A stretch of 64,000 nt of DNA, taken from an uncultured delta proteobacterium (GTDB lineage: Bacteria; Desulfobacterota; Desulfobacteria; Desulfobacterales; Desulfosalsimonadaceae). Where the stretch lies: positions 192,001 through 256,000 of the forward strand of contig CAWGYD010000010.1 in the NCBI GenBank assembly GCA_963826785.1, in the 5' to 3' direction. Under the pieces are notes generated by a model. That model had not been told where the DNA came from and searched no databases. It worked only from the letters and a program-made list of their open reading frames with translations. A program made the translations under genes and the position numbers. This document shows positions 48,641 through 57,999 of this stretch, piece after piece; within the stretch, counting starts at the first letter, position 1, and every line of letters begins with the position of its first letter.

Positions 48641-51412
48641 TCAATTATGCTGATGTAAATCGAGGTCGAAAATGGATCGAACTTTCGTGGCCAGTTCCCT
48701 GATCTGGTAGGGCTTTCCGATGAATTCAGACGCTCCGGAAGCCAATGCCTCTTCGGCATGTCCGGAAGTCGAGTACCCGCTGGCGATCAGTATCTTGGCG
48801 GAAGGATTGATATCCAGGATCTTTTCCATACATTTGAGGCCGCCCATTCCCGGCATGCTCAAATCAAGGATCACCAGATCGATTTCGGCAATGTAGCGCT
48901 GATAAATATCCAGGGCCTCTTCCCCATTTCCGGCACTGATCACCTGGTAGCCGTAATATTCCAGCATCTGCAGCGCCGTATCTCTTACCGCAGCTTCGTC
49001 ATCGACGAGCAGGATGGTTTCGGTCCCGCCCAACTGGGCCGTTTCCGCCGGTACGGCTTCATCGATGACGGCTCCTTCGGTAAGTGCCGGCAGGTAAATT
49101 TTAAAAATGGTCCCATGGCCGAGTTCGCTGTAGCACATGATATACCCGCCATGGCTTTTGACGATTCCATAAACCGAAGCCATTCCCAGTCCGGTTCCCC
49201 TGCCGATTTCCTTGGTGGTGAAAAACGGATCGAAGATATGCTCGACGGTTTTGGGATCCATGCCGCATCCGGTATCCGAAACCGCCAGCAGGACGTAGCT
49301 GCCGGGGGCCGCCCCCAGGTGATCATCGCAATAGGCTTGATCGAGGATCACGTTGCGGGTTTCAACCCGCAGCTTACCGCCTTCGGGCATGGCATCCGCG
49401 GCATTGCTCCCCAGGTTCAGCAGAATTTGCTCCATATGGACCGGATCGCCCTTGACCGGCCACAGGGACGGCTCCAGATCAAACTGCAGGTCGATCATTT
49501 TCGGCAGGGTGTGTTTCAGAAATTTTTGCGCCTGCAGAATCTCCCGGTTCAGTGAAATCGGCCGGTGCCGGCCTTCCATTTTCCGGCTGAATGCCAGCAG
49601 CTGTTCAATCAGGCGGGCCGCCCTTTCCCCTGATTTCTGGAGCTGAAACAGTTTCATATAATCCGGATCATCCTGATTCTTCTTCAACAGCAACAGTTGC
49701 GCATAGCCGTTGATCACCTGAAGGATGTTGTTGAAATCGTGAGCGATTCCCCCGGCCAGGGTGCCGACCGCTTCCATTTTCTGGGCCTGCTGAAGCTGGG
49801 CTTCCAGATTCCTTTTCTGTTCTTCGGCCTGCTTCCGCTCGGTAATATCACGGATAATGCCCCGAAACCCCGATGGAGCATCATTTCCATGGAAAATCGG
49901 AGAAATGGATATTTCCACATAGCGCAGGGATTTATCTTTGCGAATGACTTCCAGGTCAAAGGTTTTGGCGGGCCTGCCCGTTTGATATACGGCGTTGAAT
50001 GCCTGGTAGATTTTCAGGGCATTTATTTCATCCGTATATTGCCGGTAATTCACCCCCAGCATTTCCTCCCGGGCGTATCCCGAAATCCGGCAGATGAAAT
50101 CATTGAAAAAAACAAAGTTGCCATCCAGATCGACCTCGTAATAGCCGTCTTCGATATTCTCCAGAATCGTGCGGTATTTCTCTTCGCTTTCCCGCAGGAC
50201 ATTTTCAAATTTTTTACGCTCCGTGATGTCAATGACCGTTATCATTCCGGCCGGTTTGCCCTCATACATGAAGCTTCCCCCGGAGAGGGACACCCAGATG
50301 CTTTCACCGGATTTGCCGATAATTTTGAAATCATAGGCGGGAGTGGCTGTTTTGCCGGCCTGACGGCGGTTGCCCCGCTCCCGGACCAGGGGCTGGTAAT
50401 CGGGATGGACGATCTCCCAGAATCGCTGGCGATACAATTCCTCCCTTGAAAATCCCGAAATCCGCTCGCCGGCCGGGTTGGTATACACCCAGTAATCGGC
50501 CTGATAGATCATGATGGCAAATGGGCAGGCCTCCGCAAGCGCCCTGAACTTTTCTTCACTCTCTCTGAGTTGGGTGATAATCTGTTTGCGTTCACTGATA
50601 TCGCGATTGATCCCGATGATTCCGATGGCATCGCCTTTTTTATCGCGAATAAATGAAAACTTGGCCTCCGTCCAAATGGTGGAACCATTTTTACAGATCA
50701 TTTCGGCTTCGACCATCTGAAACCGGTCCGGATTTGATGGCCCGGATGACTCCAGCGCCATCTCCGTATCAAAGGTTTCAAGAATTTTTGCCCTGGATTC
50801 AGGCGTCACCATGGTAAGAAGTGAGCGGCCGATCACTTCTTTGACGTCAAATCCCCGCATCGTTCTTATCGACGGGCTGATGTACGTGTAATTCAGGTCC
50901 ATATCCAATGTAAAAATGACATCCTGAAGATTATCGGCCAGCAGGTGGTAATTCTTTTCGGCCATTTCCCGGGCCTGCTCGGCTCGGGCATGTTCTTTCT
51001 CCAACCGGTTTGCATGCAGGGCCATTTCCGTTATCATGCGGATCTGGCGATCTTCGAAGGGCCGTGTCAAATAACCAAATGGGATATAAAGAAAGTGTGC
51101 GGGAATGTGCTTTTCAACACCGGCATCACAGACAAACAGCACCGGCATGCCCCACCGGGCGCGGATCTGTCCTGCGACTTCTAAAGCCGCCTCTTTTTCA
51201 TCCGGATCAACATCGATCAGAGCCAGGGCGGGCGCTAAACTTTCAATGCTTAAAAACACGGCTGTTCCGCTCTTGATCCCCACCGATACGTGAGGAAAGA
51301 GGCATTCGAGCCGGTCTCGGAGTTCCGATGTCCCATCCGTATCCGAACCCACAATCATTATTTCATCATGGCCGCAAAGGAGCGAATTTTTACCAATTTC
51401 AATATGATTCAA
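48641..51412 (-). CDS. Hybrid histidine kinase: degenerate receiver + 3 PAS + HisKA/HATPase + receiver
   Basis: AGGIAHDFNN, NAADAM, DTGCG, FFTTK, GTGLG, LLVDDE, DLSMP. Confidence 0.95.
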   Translation of the reverse strand: MNHIEIGKNSLLCGHDEIMIVGSDTDGTSELRDRLECLFPHVSVGIKSGTAVFLSIESLAPALALIDVDPDEKEAALEVAGQIRARWGMPVLFVCDAGVEKHIPAHFLYIPFGYLTRPFEDRQIRMITEMALHANRLEKEHARAEQAREMAEKNYHLLADNLQDVIFTLDMDLNYTYISPSIRTMRGFDVKEVIGRSLLTMVTPESRAKILETFDTEMALESSGPSNPDRFQMVEAEMICKNGSTIWTEAKFSFIRDKKGDAIGIIGINRDISERKQIITQLRESEEKFRALAEACPFAIMIYQADYWVYTNPAGERISGFSREELYRQRFWEIVHPDYQPLVRERGNRRQAGKTATPAYDFKIIGKSGESIWVSLSGGSFMYEGKPAGMITVIDITERKKFENVLRESEEKYRTILENIEDGYYEVDLDGNFVFFNDFICRISGYAREEMLGVNYRQYTDEINALKIYQAFNAVYQTGRPAKTFDLEVIRKDKSLRYVEISISPIFHGNDAPSGFRGIIRDITERKQAEEQKRNLEAQLQQAQKMEAVGTLAGGIAHDFNNILQVINGYAQLLLLKKNQDDPDYMKLFQLQKSGERAARLIEQLLAFSRKMEGRHRPISLNREILQAQKFLKHTLPKMIDLQFDLEPSLWPVKGDPVHMEQILLNLGSNAADAMPEGGKLRVETRNVILDQAYCDDHLGAAPGSYVLLAVSDTGCGMDPKTVEHIFDPFFTTKEIGRGTGLGMASVYGIVKSHGGYIMCYSELGHGTIFKIYLPALTEGAVIDEAVPAETAQLGGTETILLVDDEAAVRDTALQMLEYYGYQVISAGNGEEALDIYQRYIAEIDLVILDLSMPGMGGLKCMEKILDINPSAKILIASGYSTSGHAEEALASGASEFIGKPYQIRELATKVRSIFDLDLHQHN

Positions 51413-51626
51413 GACGTGTCTACCTGAAATACAGAAGGCCCTTAACTGGATCTATCGGGTTTTATTCGGTTATATGACTTTGTCAATCGATATAAATATC
51501 TATTTTTACTACAATCGATCAAAGCAGATGTCAAATCAAACCATGCGTATGAAGCAATCGGGCAATTGAAAATAGCTGAAGGGGGGTATTCTTTTGCGCG
51601 GCGTGGAAATTTGCGGCAGGAAGGTA

Positions 51627-52502
51627 TCAGTCTTTGAACCGGTAGAGTTCCGTACTCCCGGTTTCCAGGTCTGCGGCGACCATTTGATTCCTGAAGATGC
51701 TTTTTCGCTTCAGCAGGATTTTGATCACCTCCATCGCCTGAAGGGTGCCGATAAGCGCCGGGGTGACTGCGGGAACACCGAGAAGATCCTCGGGGTAAGG
51801 CGGCTCCGGATCCCGGCTACCGTCTCCATAGATTCGGGCAATCCCGGACTCTCCCGGAAATACCGCCATCACCTGCCCCTCGAAGCCGGCGATGGCGCCG
51901 TGGACCAGGGGGATTCCCATCTGTTTAGCCGCCGCCTGAAGAATGCGCCGGCCGCCGATATTATCCATCGCATCAACTGCCACCCGGACCCCGGAAAGAA
52001 TCCCGGCTGCATTTAAATGCGTCAGGGCTTCCCGGAATGGATATACCTCCACAGCCGGATTGATGGCCTCTATCATGCGGGCGGCGGTTTCCGCCTTGTT
52101 TTTCCCCATGCTCTTGGTGGTCGCAAATGACTGGCGGTTTAAATTGGTTTCCTCAAATTCCTGGGGATCGGCGACCACCAGGCCGCCGATGCCGGTCCGG
52201 GCCAGCAGGGTCAGCACATGTCCGCCAAGGCCACCGGCGCCGATGACGGCCACCCGCGATGAAAACAGCACGAGCTGATCGTCAAGTGAGAAACTGCCGC
52301 TGTTGCGGATATACCTGAGCGGCCATATCCCGTTTTTCATGGCCAGAATATGGATCCGGCCAAGTGCGAAATTCCGCTTCCGGGCAATCTCACGGGCATG
52401 GAAGTCCGTGAGCACCCGTTTTTCCAGGCCTGCCGGATCGATCATGTTTTCCGATCGATCGAAGATGACAGAAAGGATATCTTTTTCACATGGGTGCGGC
52501 AT
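51627..52502 (-). CDS. ThiF/MoeB/HesA (E1-like) adenylyltransferase
   Basis: GAGGLGG, ETNLNRQ, DAMDN, PLVHGAI, QAMEVIK. Confidence 0.9.
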   Translation of the reverse strand: MPHPCEKDILSVIFDRSENMIDPAGLEKRVLTDFHAREIARKRNFALGRIHILAMKNGIWPLRYIRNSGSFSLDDQLVLFSSRVAVIGAGGLGGHVLTLLARTGIGGLVVADPQEFEETNLNRQSFATTKSMGKNKAETAARMIEAINPAVEVYPFREALTHLNAAGILSGVRVAVDAMDNIGGRRILQAAAKQMGIPLVHGAIAGFEGQVMAVFPGESGIARIYGDGSRDPEPPYPEDLLGVPAVTPALIGTLQAMEVIKILLKRKSIFRNQMVAADLETGSTELYRFKD

Positions 52503-52622
52503 TTTTCCTTTTAAAAACAGATGATCCGCGATTATACTTTAACGGCATTTATGCAGCCGGTGTGATGCCGTGCGAAAATTGCCGGTGAAAACGCACATCA
52601 ACTTTAAAAAAATGGGATTGGC

Positions 52623-52862
52623 ATGAAGGTTGAACTTCATCTTTTTGCGACATTGGCGAAATATCTGCCGCCCGGAGCGGAAGCCAAAACTGCCTGGATA
52701 AATATCCCGGAGTCCGCACGTATCTGCGACCTGATGGAAGAACTGGATATCCCATCTGCCCGGGTGAAGCTGATCTTCTTAAACGGTGTCCATGCGGACA
52801 GGCAACACCCCCTGAAAGACGGGGACCGGGTGGGGATGTTTCCGCCCGTGGGCGGCGGATAG
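52623..52862 (+). CDS. MoaD/ThiS-family sulfur carrier
   Basis: 79 aa beta-grasp pattern, IFLNG, LKDGDRV..FPPVGGG C-terminus. Confidence 0.93.
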   Translation: MKVELHLFATLAKYLPPGAEAKTAWINIPESARICDLMEELDIPSARVKLIFLNGVHADRQHPLKDGDRVGMFPPVGGG

Positions 52863-52865
52863 CGA

Positions 52866-53459
52866 TTAGGCCGGGGCTGCGGCAAGAAGGATTTCCTTCG
52901 GCCAATTTGCACCTGATAGATCCCCGGGCTCAACAATTCGGTCGTCCACCCGGATTTCCCTGCATATGCTTTTCAGTCGGTCTTTATGATATTGCAGGAA
53001 ATCTATGGCCGTTTCTTTGGGCAGCCGGATTCCCTGCTTTAAAAATAACGGCCCCAGGTCGGCGTTTACCCGGTTGAAAAATTTGAGCGTGACGTCGATC
53101 GCCTCCCCCGCCGGGGAAGGTGCGGTATTAGCGCAATTGCTCGTCCGCATTTTCGCCACCGGACTGTTTTTCCGGAAAACTGCCCCCACCAGACCCGGCA
53201 TGGCTGCGGACAGCGCGATATGGGAACCCTTTTCCACGGTGGCCGTCCGTTCGTCATCCACCGCCCAGCCGTTGTGGAATATGGTCTGAACCACGTTATC
53301 CAGATACGCGGAAGCGATATGGGCATCTTCGCTCAGCACCCGGCGGATGGGCGTCCCCGGCCGGGTGCGGATGGAAAATCCGGTTGCGGTGAGTTGAAGA
53401 AACGTAAAGAATTCTTCCGGTTTTACAATGAAATACAGTTTTTTCAAATCAGTGCACAA
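52866..53459 (-). CDS. Hypothetical protein with an internal MoaD/ThiS-like segment (start uncertain)
   Basis: ORF begins right after the aor stop; TIFHNGWAVDD...EKGSHIALSAAMPG aligns by eye with the neighbouring MoaD. Confidence 0.7.
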   Translation of the reverse strand: MCTDLKKLYFIVKPEEFFTFLQLTATGFSIRTRPGTPIRRVLSEDAHIASAYLDNVVQTIFHNGWAVDDERTATVEKGSHIALSAAMPGLVGAVFRKNSPVAKMRTSNCANTAPSPAGEAIDVTLKFFNRVNADLGPLFLKQGIRLPKETAIDFLQYHKDRLKSICREIRVDDRIVEPGDLSGANWPKEILLAAAPA

Positions 53460-55193
53460 TCAGAAACTGAATACCGCGTCCAGTTCCTCATCCTTGACGC
53501 CGAACCGCACATCGTGGGGCGGCAGGGGTTCATTTATAAAATATGCGGGAAGGCGGTCGTCCTTGGATGAAAAGCCGGCCCGCTCATTGAAATCCCGCTC
53601 CATGGTCAGCACCTTTTTCCCCAGTTCACTCACGCCGTCCGCGTTTAAGTCCAGGCCGTAAAAGGCATTGATCATGTCGATCAGGGCGGCAAAAGTTTCC
53701 GGCTGGTCCATGATGGCAAAAGCGATGAACAGGCACATGCCCGTGGAATCAATGGCCGCAGTGGCGATCTGAAGATTTCGGGACAATTCGATCTGTCCTT
53801 CCGGCTTTAGCGGGTCCACGCTGCCGCCCACGCCCAGCAGGTTGGTGGCCACCGCATATCCGGCGGTATGGTCGGCGCCCATGGGGCTGGTGGCATAGGT
53901 GACGCCGATCCCCTGGACCGCCCGGGGGTCATAGGCGGGCATGGACTGGTTTTTCACCACCGGGACGCGCTCCACTCCGAAGACTTTTCCGGTGACCCCG
54001 GCACCGCTCCCCAGGATCCGGCCCAGGGGGGTCCCCTTCCCCACTTCGCTGACCAGTCGGACGGCGGCCTCGGCATCCCCGAATTCCGCCAGACCGGCCT
54101 CCATGGCCACCCCGATGGTGGCGCCCATCTCGATGGTGTCCAGGCCGAAATCATCATCCATCCGGTCCAGGGCGGCGATGACATCCAGATCGTCGATGCC
54201 GCAGTTTCCGCCGTGTGCCCACACGGTTTCATATTCCGGCTGCTTGGTCATGAAATGGCCGTCCTTGTCCGTGTAAATGCCGGAGCACTGGATCACGCAC
54301 CCCCGGTGACACCCGTGGGTTGCCTTTCCGCCCCGGGCCATTTCGGTTTCGGCCTGGGTTTCGCCGGAAATCCGGGCCGCACCCTTGAAGCGTCCCCACT
54401 GGAAGTTGTGGGTGGGGTATCCGCCCGCTTCATTCACCACGTTGGTCAAGACATTGGTCCCGTATGCGGGCAAGCCCTGGCCGGTGACCGGGTGGGATTT
54501 CAATCCCTGCACAAAGATCTTGTTGGCTTGCCGGAACTTATCCGGATCCCTGGGGGGACGCATTTTCGCGCCCGTATCATCCAGCACGATGACTTTGACG
54601 CCCTTTGATCCCATGACCGCGCCCACACCCCCTCTTCCGGCATGGCGGGTGGGCCGCAGTTCCATATCGGTGCAGGCAATGGAAGCCGCGCCCAGCTTCA
54701 TCTCCCCGGCCTGTCCGATGGACATGCAGCAGATATTTTCCCCGTATTCCTGCTTCATTTTTTCCACCAGGTCGTAGTTGCCCAGGCGCTTCAAGCTGTT
54801 GTCCGGGGAGATGGTGACCCCGTCCTTGTTGATGAAAATCTTATACAGCGTATCATCTGCGGGTTTTCCTTCGATGACGATGGCCGCATAACCGAGCCGG
54901 GCCAGAACCTGCGAGGGCATGCCGCCGGCATTGGCTTCCTTGATGCCGCCGGTGAGCGGGCTCTTGCACCCCACCGACAGCCGGCCGGACATGGCGGCCG
55001 TGGTGCCGCTCAGCAGTCCGGGGGCAAAGACCAGCCGGTTGTCCTGGCTTAAGGGATGACACAAGGGAGGAACCTCTTTGGAAACAATGGCCGAGGTGAG
55101 TCCCCGGCCGCCCAGACCGGCGTACTTGTCCCGGGATTCGGTTTTGAAGGCGGGGCTGTCCGGCCCCATGTTGATTCTCAGAATCTTGTCCAT
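53460..55193 (-). CDS. Aldehyde:ferredoxin oxidoreductase (tungsten AOR family), second paralogue
   Basis: KSPLTGGIKE, AGRGGVGAVMGSKG, GCHRGCVIQC, PEYET, DDFGLDTI, GADHT; RBS GGAGG. Confidence 0.95.
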   Translation of the reverse strand: MDKILRINMGPDSPAFKTESRDKYAGLGGRGLTSAIVSKEVPPLCHPLSQDNRLVFAPGLLSGTTAAMSGRLSVGCKSPLTGGIKEANAGGMPSQVLARLGYAAIVIEGKPADDTLYKIFINKDGVTISPDNSLKRLGNYDLVEKMKQEYGENICCMSIGQAGEMKLGAASIACTDMELRPTRHAGRGGVGAVMGSKGVKVIVLDDTGAKMRPPRDPDKFRQANKIFVQGLKSHPVTGQGLPAYGTNVLTNVVNEAGGYPTHNFQWGRFKGAARISGETQAETEMARGGKATHGCHRGCVIQCSGIYTDKDGHFMTKQPEYETVWAHGGNCGIDDLDVIAALDRMDDDFGLDTIEMGATIGVAMEAGLAEFGDAEAAVRLVSEVGKGTPLGRILGSGAGVTGKVFGVERVPVVKNQSMPAYDPRAVQGIGVTYATSPMGADHTAGYAVATNLLGVGGSVDPLKPEGQIELSRNLQIATAAIDSTGMCLFIAFAIMDQPETFAALIDMINAFYGLDLNADGVSELGKKVLTMERDFNERAGFSSKDDRLPAYFINEPLPPHDVRFGVKDEELDAVFSF

Positions 55194-55411
55194 TCGGCAC
55201 CTCCTGTGAAGGGTTTTTAGGAAGCAGAAAGTTGTGTGAGAAACTCAGTATTGCAGATGAATCGGGTCCCGTCAATCATCACGGCGATTGGACCCGATGG
55301 GACCGATAATTCCGGAACTTGTCAATATAAAATATAAAAATAACGCTGTATTTCACCAGTCGCAAACCGGATCCCCCATTCGATGGAAAAGGCCTGCGGG
55401 AAACTGTTTTT

Positions 55412-55774
55412 TCAATCTTTGAAGAAAAGATACAGCGCCAGTGCCACCAGGATGAACGCAAATATCCTTTTGAACTGGGCCGTGGAGACATGCTCCACCA
55501 GCCGGGCCCCGAACTGGGCGCCGATGACCCCGCCGGCCCCCAGCATCAGCCCCACCCGGTAGTCCACGTTGGCCAGCTTGTTGTGGGCGACCAGGGCGGA
55601 TATGGAGATCACCAGGATGGCCAGAAAGGAGGTGCCCACCGTCTTCTGGGCGCTAAACCCGAGAAACAGCAGAAGGGGCACCATTAAAAACCCGCCCCCC
55701 AGACCGGTAAAGGACGCCCCGATGCCGGTCAGGATGCCCAGAGCCACAAATCCGATCCCGCTGATGAGTTCCAT
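55412..55774 (-). CDS. Half-size TauE/SafE (TSUP) membrane protein
   Basis: GLGGGFLMVPLL, VGTS, GAQFGA; about 4 TM helices, single repeat. Confidence 0.85.
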   Translation of the reverse strand: MELISGIGFVALGILTGIGASFTGLGGGFLMVPLLLFLGFSAQKTVGTSFLAILVISISALVAHNKLANVDYRVGLMLGAGGVIGAQFGARLVEHVSTAQFKRIFAFILVALALYLFFKD

Positions 55775-55951
55775 GATCCCCCTTTAGAATCTGATACATG
55801 TTAGATGTTGAAATGAATTTACCGCGCAGCTTTTGTTTTCGCAAATGTTTTTCCCATGAATTTTTTTAACGCATTGACCCGGGAATCCATTTTTCATATG
55901 GTATTTTATACTGAAGCCCTGTTTTCTCAAATATCATCCGCGTACATACAA

Positions 55952-56527
55952 ATGAAACTGGTCAATTATTTATCTGAAATCGATGCGGGCCGCTGCAGCG
56001 GCTGCCGGAAATGCGAGACCGTCTGTCCCGCTGGCGCCATATCCGTTGAAAACCGGTTTGCCCGGGTGGATGCCGGCCGCTGCCTGGCCTGCACCAAGTG
56101 CTGGCATCTGTGTCCGGAGGATGCGGTGACCATGGTTGAACGCAGCGAAGAGATGATGGTGGGGGTGGATTTCGACGAGGTGGATGAAACCGCCGTGGCC
56201 GAATTGTGCCAAAAAGCCCATGTCTACCCCGAGCAGTTCGTGTGCGCCTGCACCCTGACCCTGGCCAAGGAAGTGGCGGCCGCCATCATCAAAGGGGCTT
56301 CCACCCCCGAGGAAGTCACCGCCGCCACCGGGGTGCGCTCGGGCTGCGCCATCTACTGCATGGGGGCGATTCTGCGGATGCTCAAGGCCGCGGGCAAACA
56401 CCCGGTGCCGCCCAAAAATCACCGATGGTACGACCTGTCACTCTCCCTCTGGGATGTAAAAGATCAAATAGCGGAGAAATACCCCCGCTATTATCTGGCT
56501 GAAGACCGTGACGAAATGCACGAATAA
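55952..56527 (+). CDS. 2x[4Fe-4S] ferredoxin fused to BFD-like [2Fe-2S] domain
   Basis: CSGCRKCETVCP, CLACTKCWHLCP; CAC...GCAIYC. Confidence 0.85.
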   Translation: MKLVNYLSEIDAGRCSGCRKCETVCPAGAISVENRFARVDAGRCLACTKCWHLCPEDAVTMVERSEEMMVGVDFDEVDETAVAELCQKAHVYPEQFVCACTLTLAKEVAAAIIKGASTPEEVTAATGVRSGCAIYCMGAILRMLKAAGKHPVPPKNHRWYDLSLSLWDVKDQIAEKYPRYYLAEDRDEMHE

Positions 56528-56534
56528 TTGATTC

Positions 56535-57989
56535 ATGACCGATTTTTTCCATAGAAGCCGCCACGGAAAAGCGGCCGCGCCGCCTGAGGTGATGCCCTCT
56601 TGCATGTGCCCGGAACCGGCCATGCGGGCAGCCGGTCTTTCCGGCATGACCTCCCTTTCCATAACCGATCTGTTTCCTGAAATGCGCAAGGGGTTTGTTC
56701 AAAAGCAGGGGGTCGCCGAAATCCGAAAATCCGCCGAAGCAGCCCTGGCCGGGGTGGAAATGGGGATGATCCTGCCCGAGCACCGGGTCAATATTCTCTG
56801 CTCGGAGCATGGATTCTACCTGCTGGAGGGGGACCATTACCTTCAGATGCTGCTGGCCATCCGGGATGCGGTGGAAGAGCGGACCGGGTGCCAAAACATC
56901 CGGCTGCGGGTGGCGGCCGGCATGGGGTCTCGCGAGTCGGAAGAAATCATCGAATATTTCCGCATCCGGGAAAAATTCAACGGCAGGGTAACGGGCATGA
57001 GCGCCTTTGACCGCGGCGTTCCCATCGATACGCAGATCGGAACCCTCTACGGCCTGGCCGCGGCCTATGATGCCGACTGGATCATCCATGCCGGCCACGA
57101 GGAACCCCGGGACCTCTATTTTTACCGGATGATCGACCGGGCCCTCAAGGCATTTGCCATGTCCTATGCCCGGTTTGAAACCCGGTCGGTCTACCACGGC
57201 AACTTCGGCAACAGAAGCTGCGCCTTTATCCAGCGGGCCATCTTCGACGCTCCCTTCGTGCAGGAAAAGTTCGCCTTCGGCGTTTTTATGCGCATGTCGC
57301 CCGCCGGCATCACCGGGGTTTCAGCCGACAATGATCTCGATCGCCTGGGGGAGCACCTCACCATCGACATCCTGCGGGATTTTGGAAAAATGCTGCACCT
57401 GCTGGCGGACATCGACGAATGCATCGTGATCTTAGACGGCGGCCGCTACGGCTACTACATCCACGCCGGCGGCATCGTCTTCGGTGCCCTGGAAAACGCC
57501 CAGTATGATGCATTCGATCTTTCCCGGCCCGCGGCTTTCGGCTATTACGACATGCTCTCAAAGATGCGCAACGGAACCGATGCCCAGATGGATCATGTCA
57601 TGAACGTCAACCCGGCCATCAAGGCCGTGATCTTCAACCAGGCCTGGCCGGGCATCCCCATGGCGGGGCTCACCCTGGATGTGTCCACCATCGTGGTGGG
57701 AGACCAGCAGGCAGCCGCCATGAAGCTGGATGCCGCCAATCCCGCCCTGATCGACCTGGCCGAAACCGTCCCCACGCTAAAACAGGCCCTCGAACTGGCC
57801 ATTCAAGAGACGGGAACCGATAAGGTGCTGGTGTTTGACGGCAGCTTCGGGCACATCACCGTCAGCCCCTTACTGGCCCAGACCCTCATGGCAAAAGCAC
57901 CGGAGATCAGCCGCAGGGTGGAAACAGAGCTGCTCCCCCTCTGGCTTTCCCAGCGGGGGATCGATCTAAATACCGCTAAGCGCGTTTAA
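56535..57989 (+). CDS. Uncharacterised protein, distant LarA N-terminal/DUF362-like fold
   Basis: RVNI, AAGMGS, AYDADWII, ALKAFAMS resemble the PAMGSH / AD.II / GL.KM..IG pattern of that superfamily. Confidence 0.5.
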   Translation: MTDFFHRSRHGKAAAPPEVMPSCMCPEPAMRAAGLSGMTSLSITDLFPEMRKGFVQKQGVAEIRKSAEAALAGVEMGMILPEHRVNILCSEHGFYLLEGDHYLQMLLAIRDAVEERTGCQNIRLRVAAGMGSRESEEIIEYFRIREKFNGRVTGMSAFDRGVPIDTQIGTLYGLAAAYDADWIIHAGHEEPRDLYFYRMIDRALKAFAMSYARFETRSVYHGNFGNRSCAFIQRAIFDAPFVQEKFAFGVFMRMSPAGITGVSADNDLDRLGEHLTIDILRDFGKMLHLLADIDECIVILDGGRYGYYIHAGGIVFGALENAQYDAFDLSRPAAFGYYDMLSKMRNGTDAQMDHVMNVNPAIKAVIFNQAWPGIPMAGLTLDVSTIVVGDQQAAAMKLDAANPALIDLAETVPTLKQALELAIQETGTDKVLVFDGSFGHITVSPLLAQTLMAKAPEISRRVETELLPLWLSQRGIDLNTAKRV

Positions 57990-57999
57990 ACCCCTTGCC

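Noticed and set aside
2387..52862. Cereblon + ThiF (E1-like) + MoaD (ubiquitin-like) read as a bacterial ubiquitination system
   Set aside because: They are about 49 kb apart, no E2, JAB or RING gene is seen, and the ThiF/MoaD pair is explained by the adjacent AOR.
53448..53462. The aor TGA stop is immediately followed in frame by the next ORF (F-TGA-L-C), suggesting Sec read-through
   Set aside because: The AOR appears complete at ...ELDAVFSF and the downstream sequence is AT-rich with no convincing hairpin; more likely an ordinary stop with a closely packed next gene.
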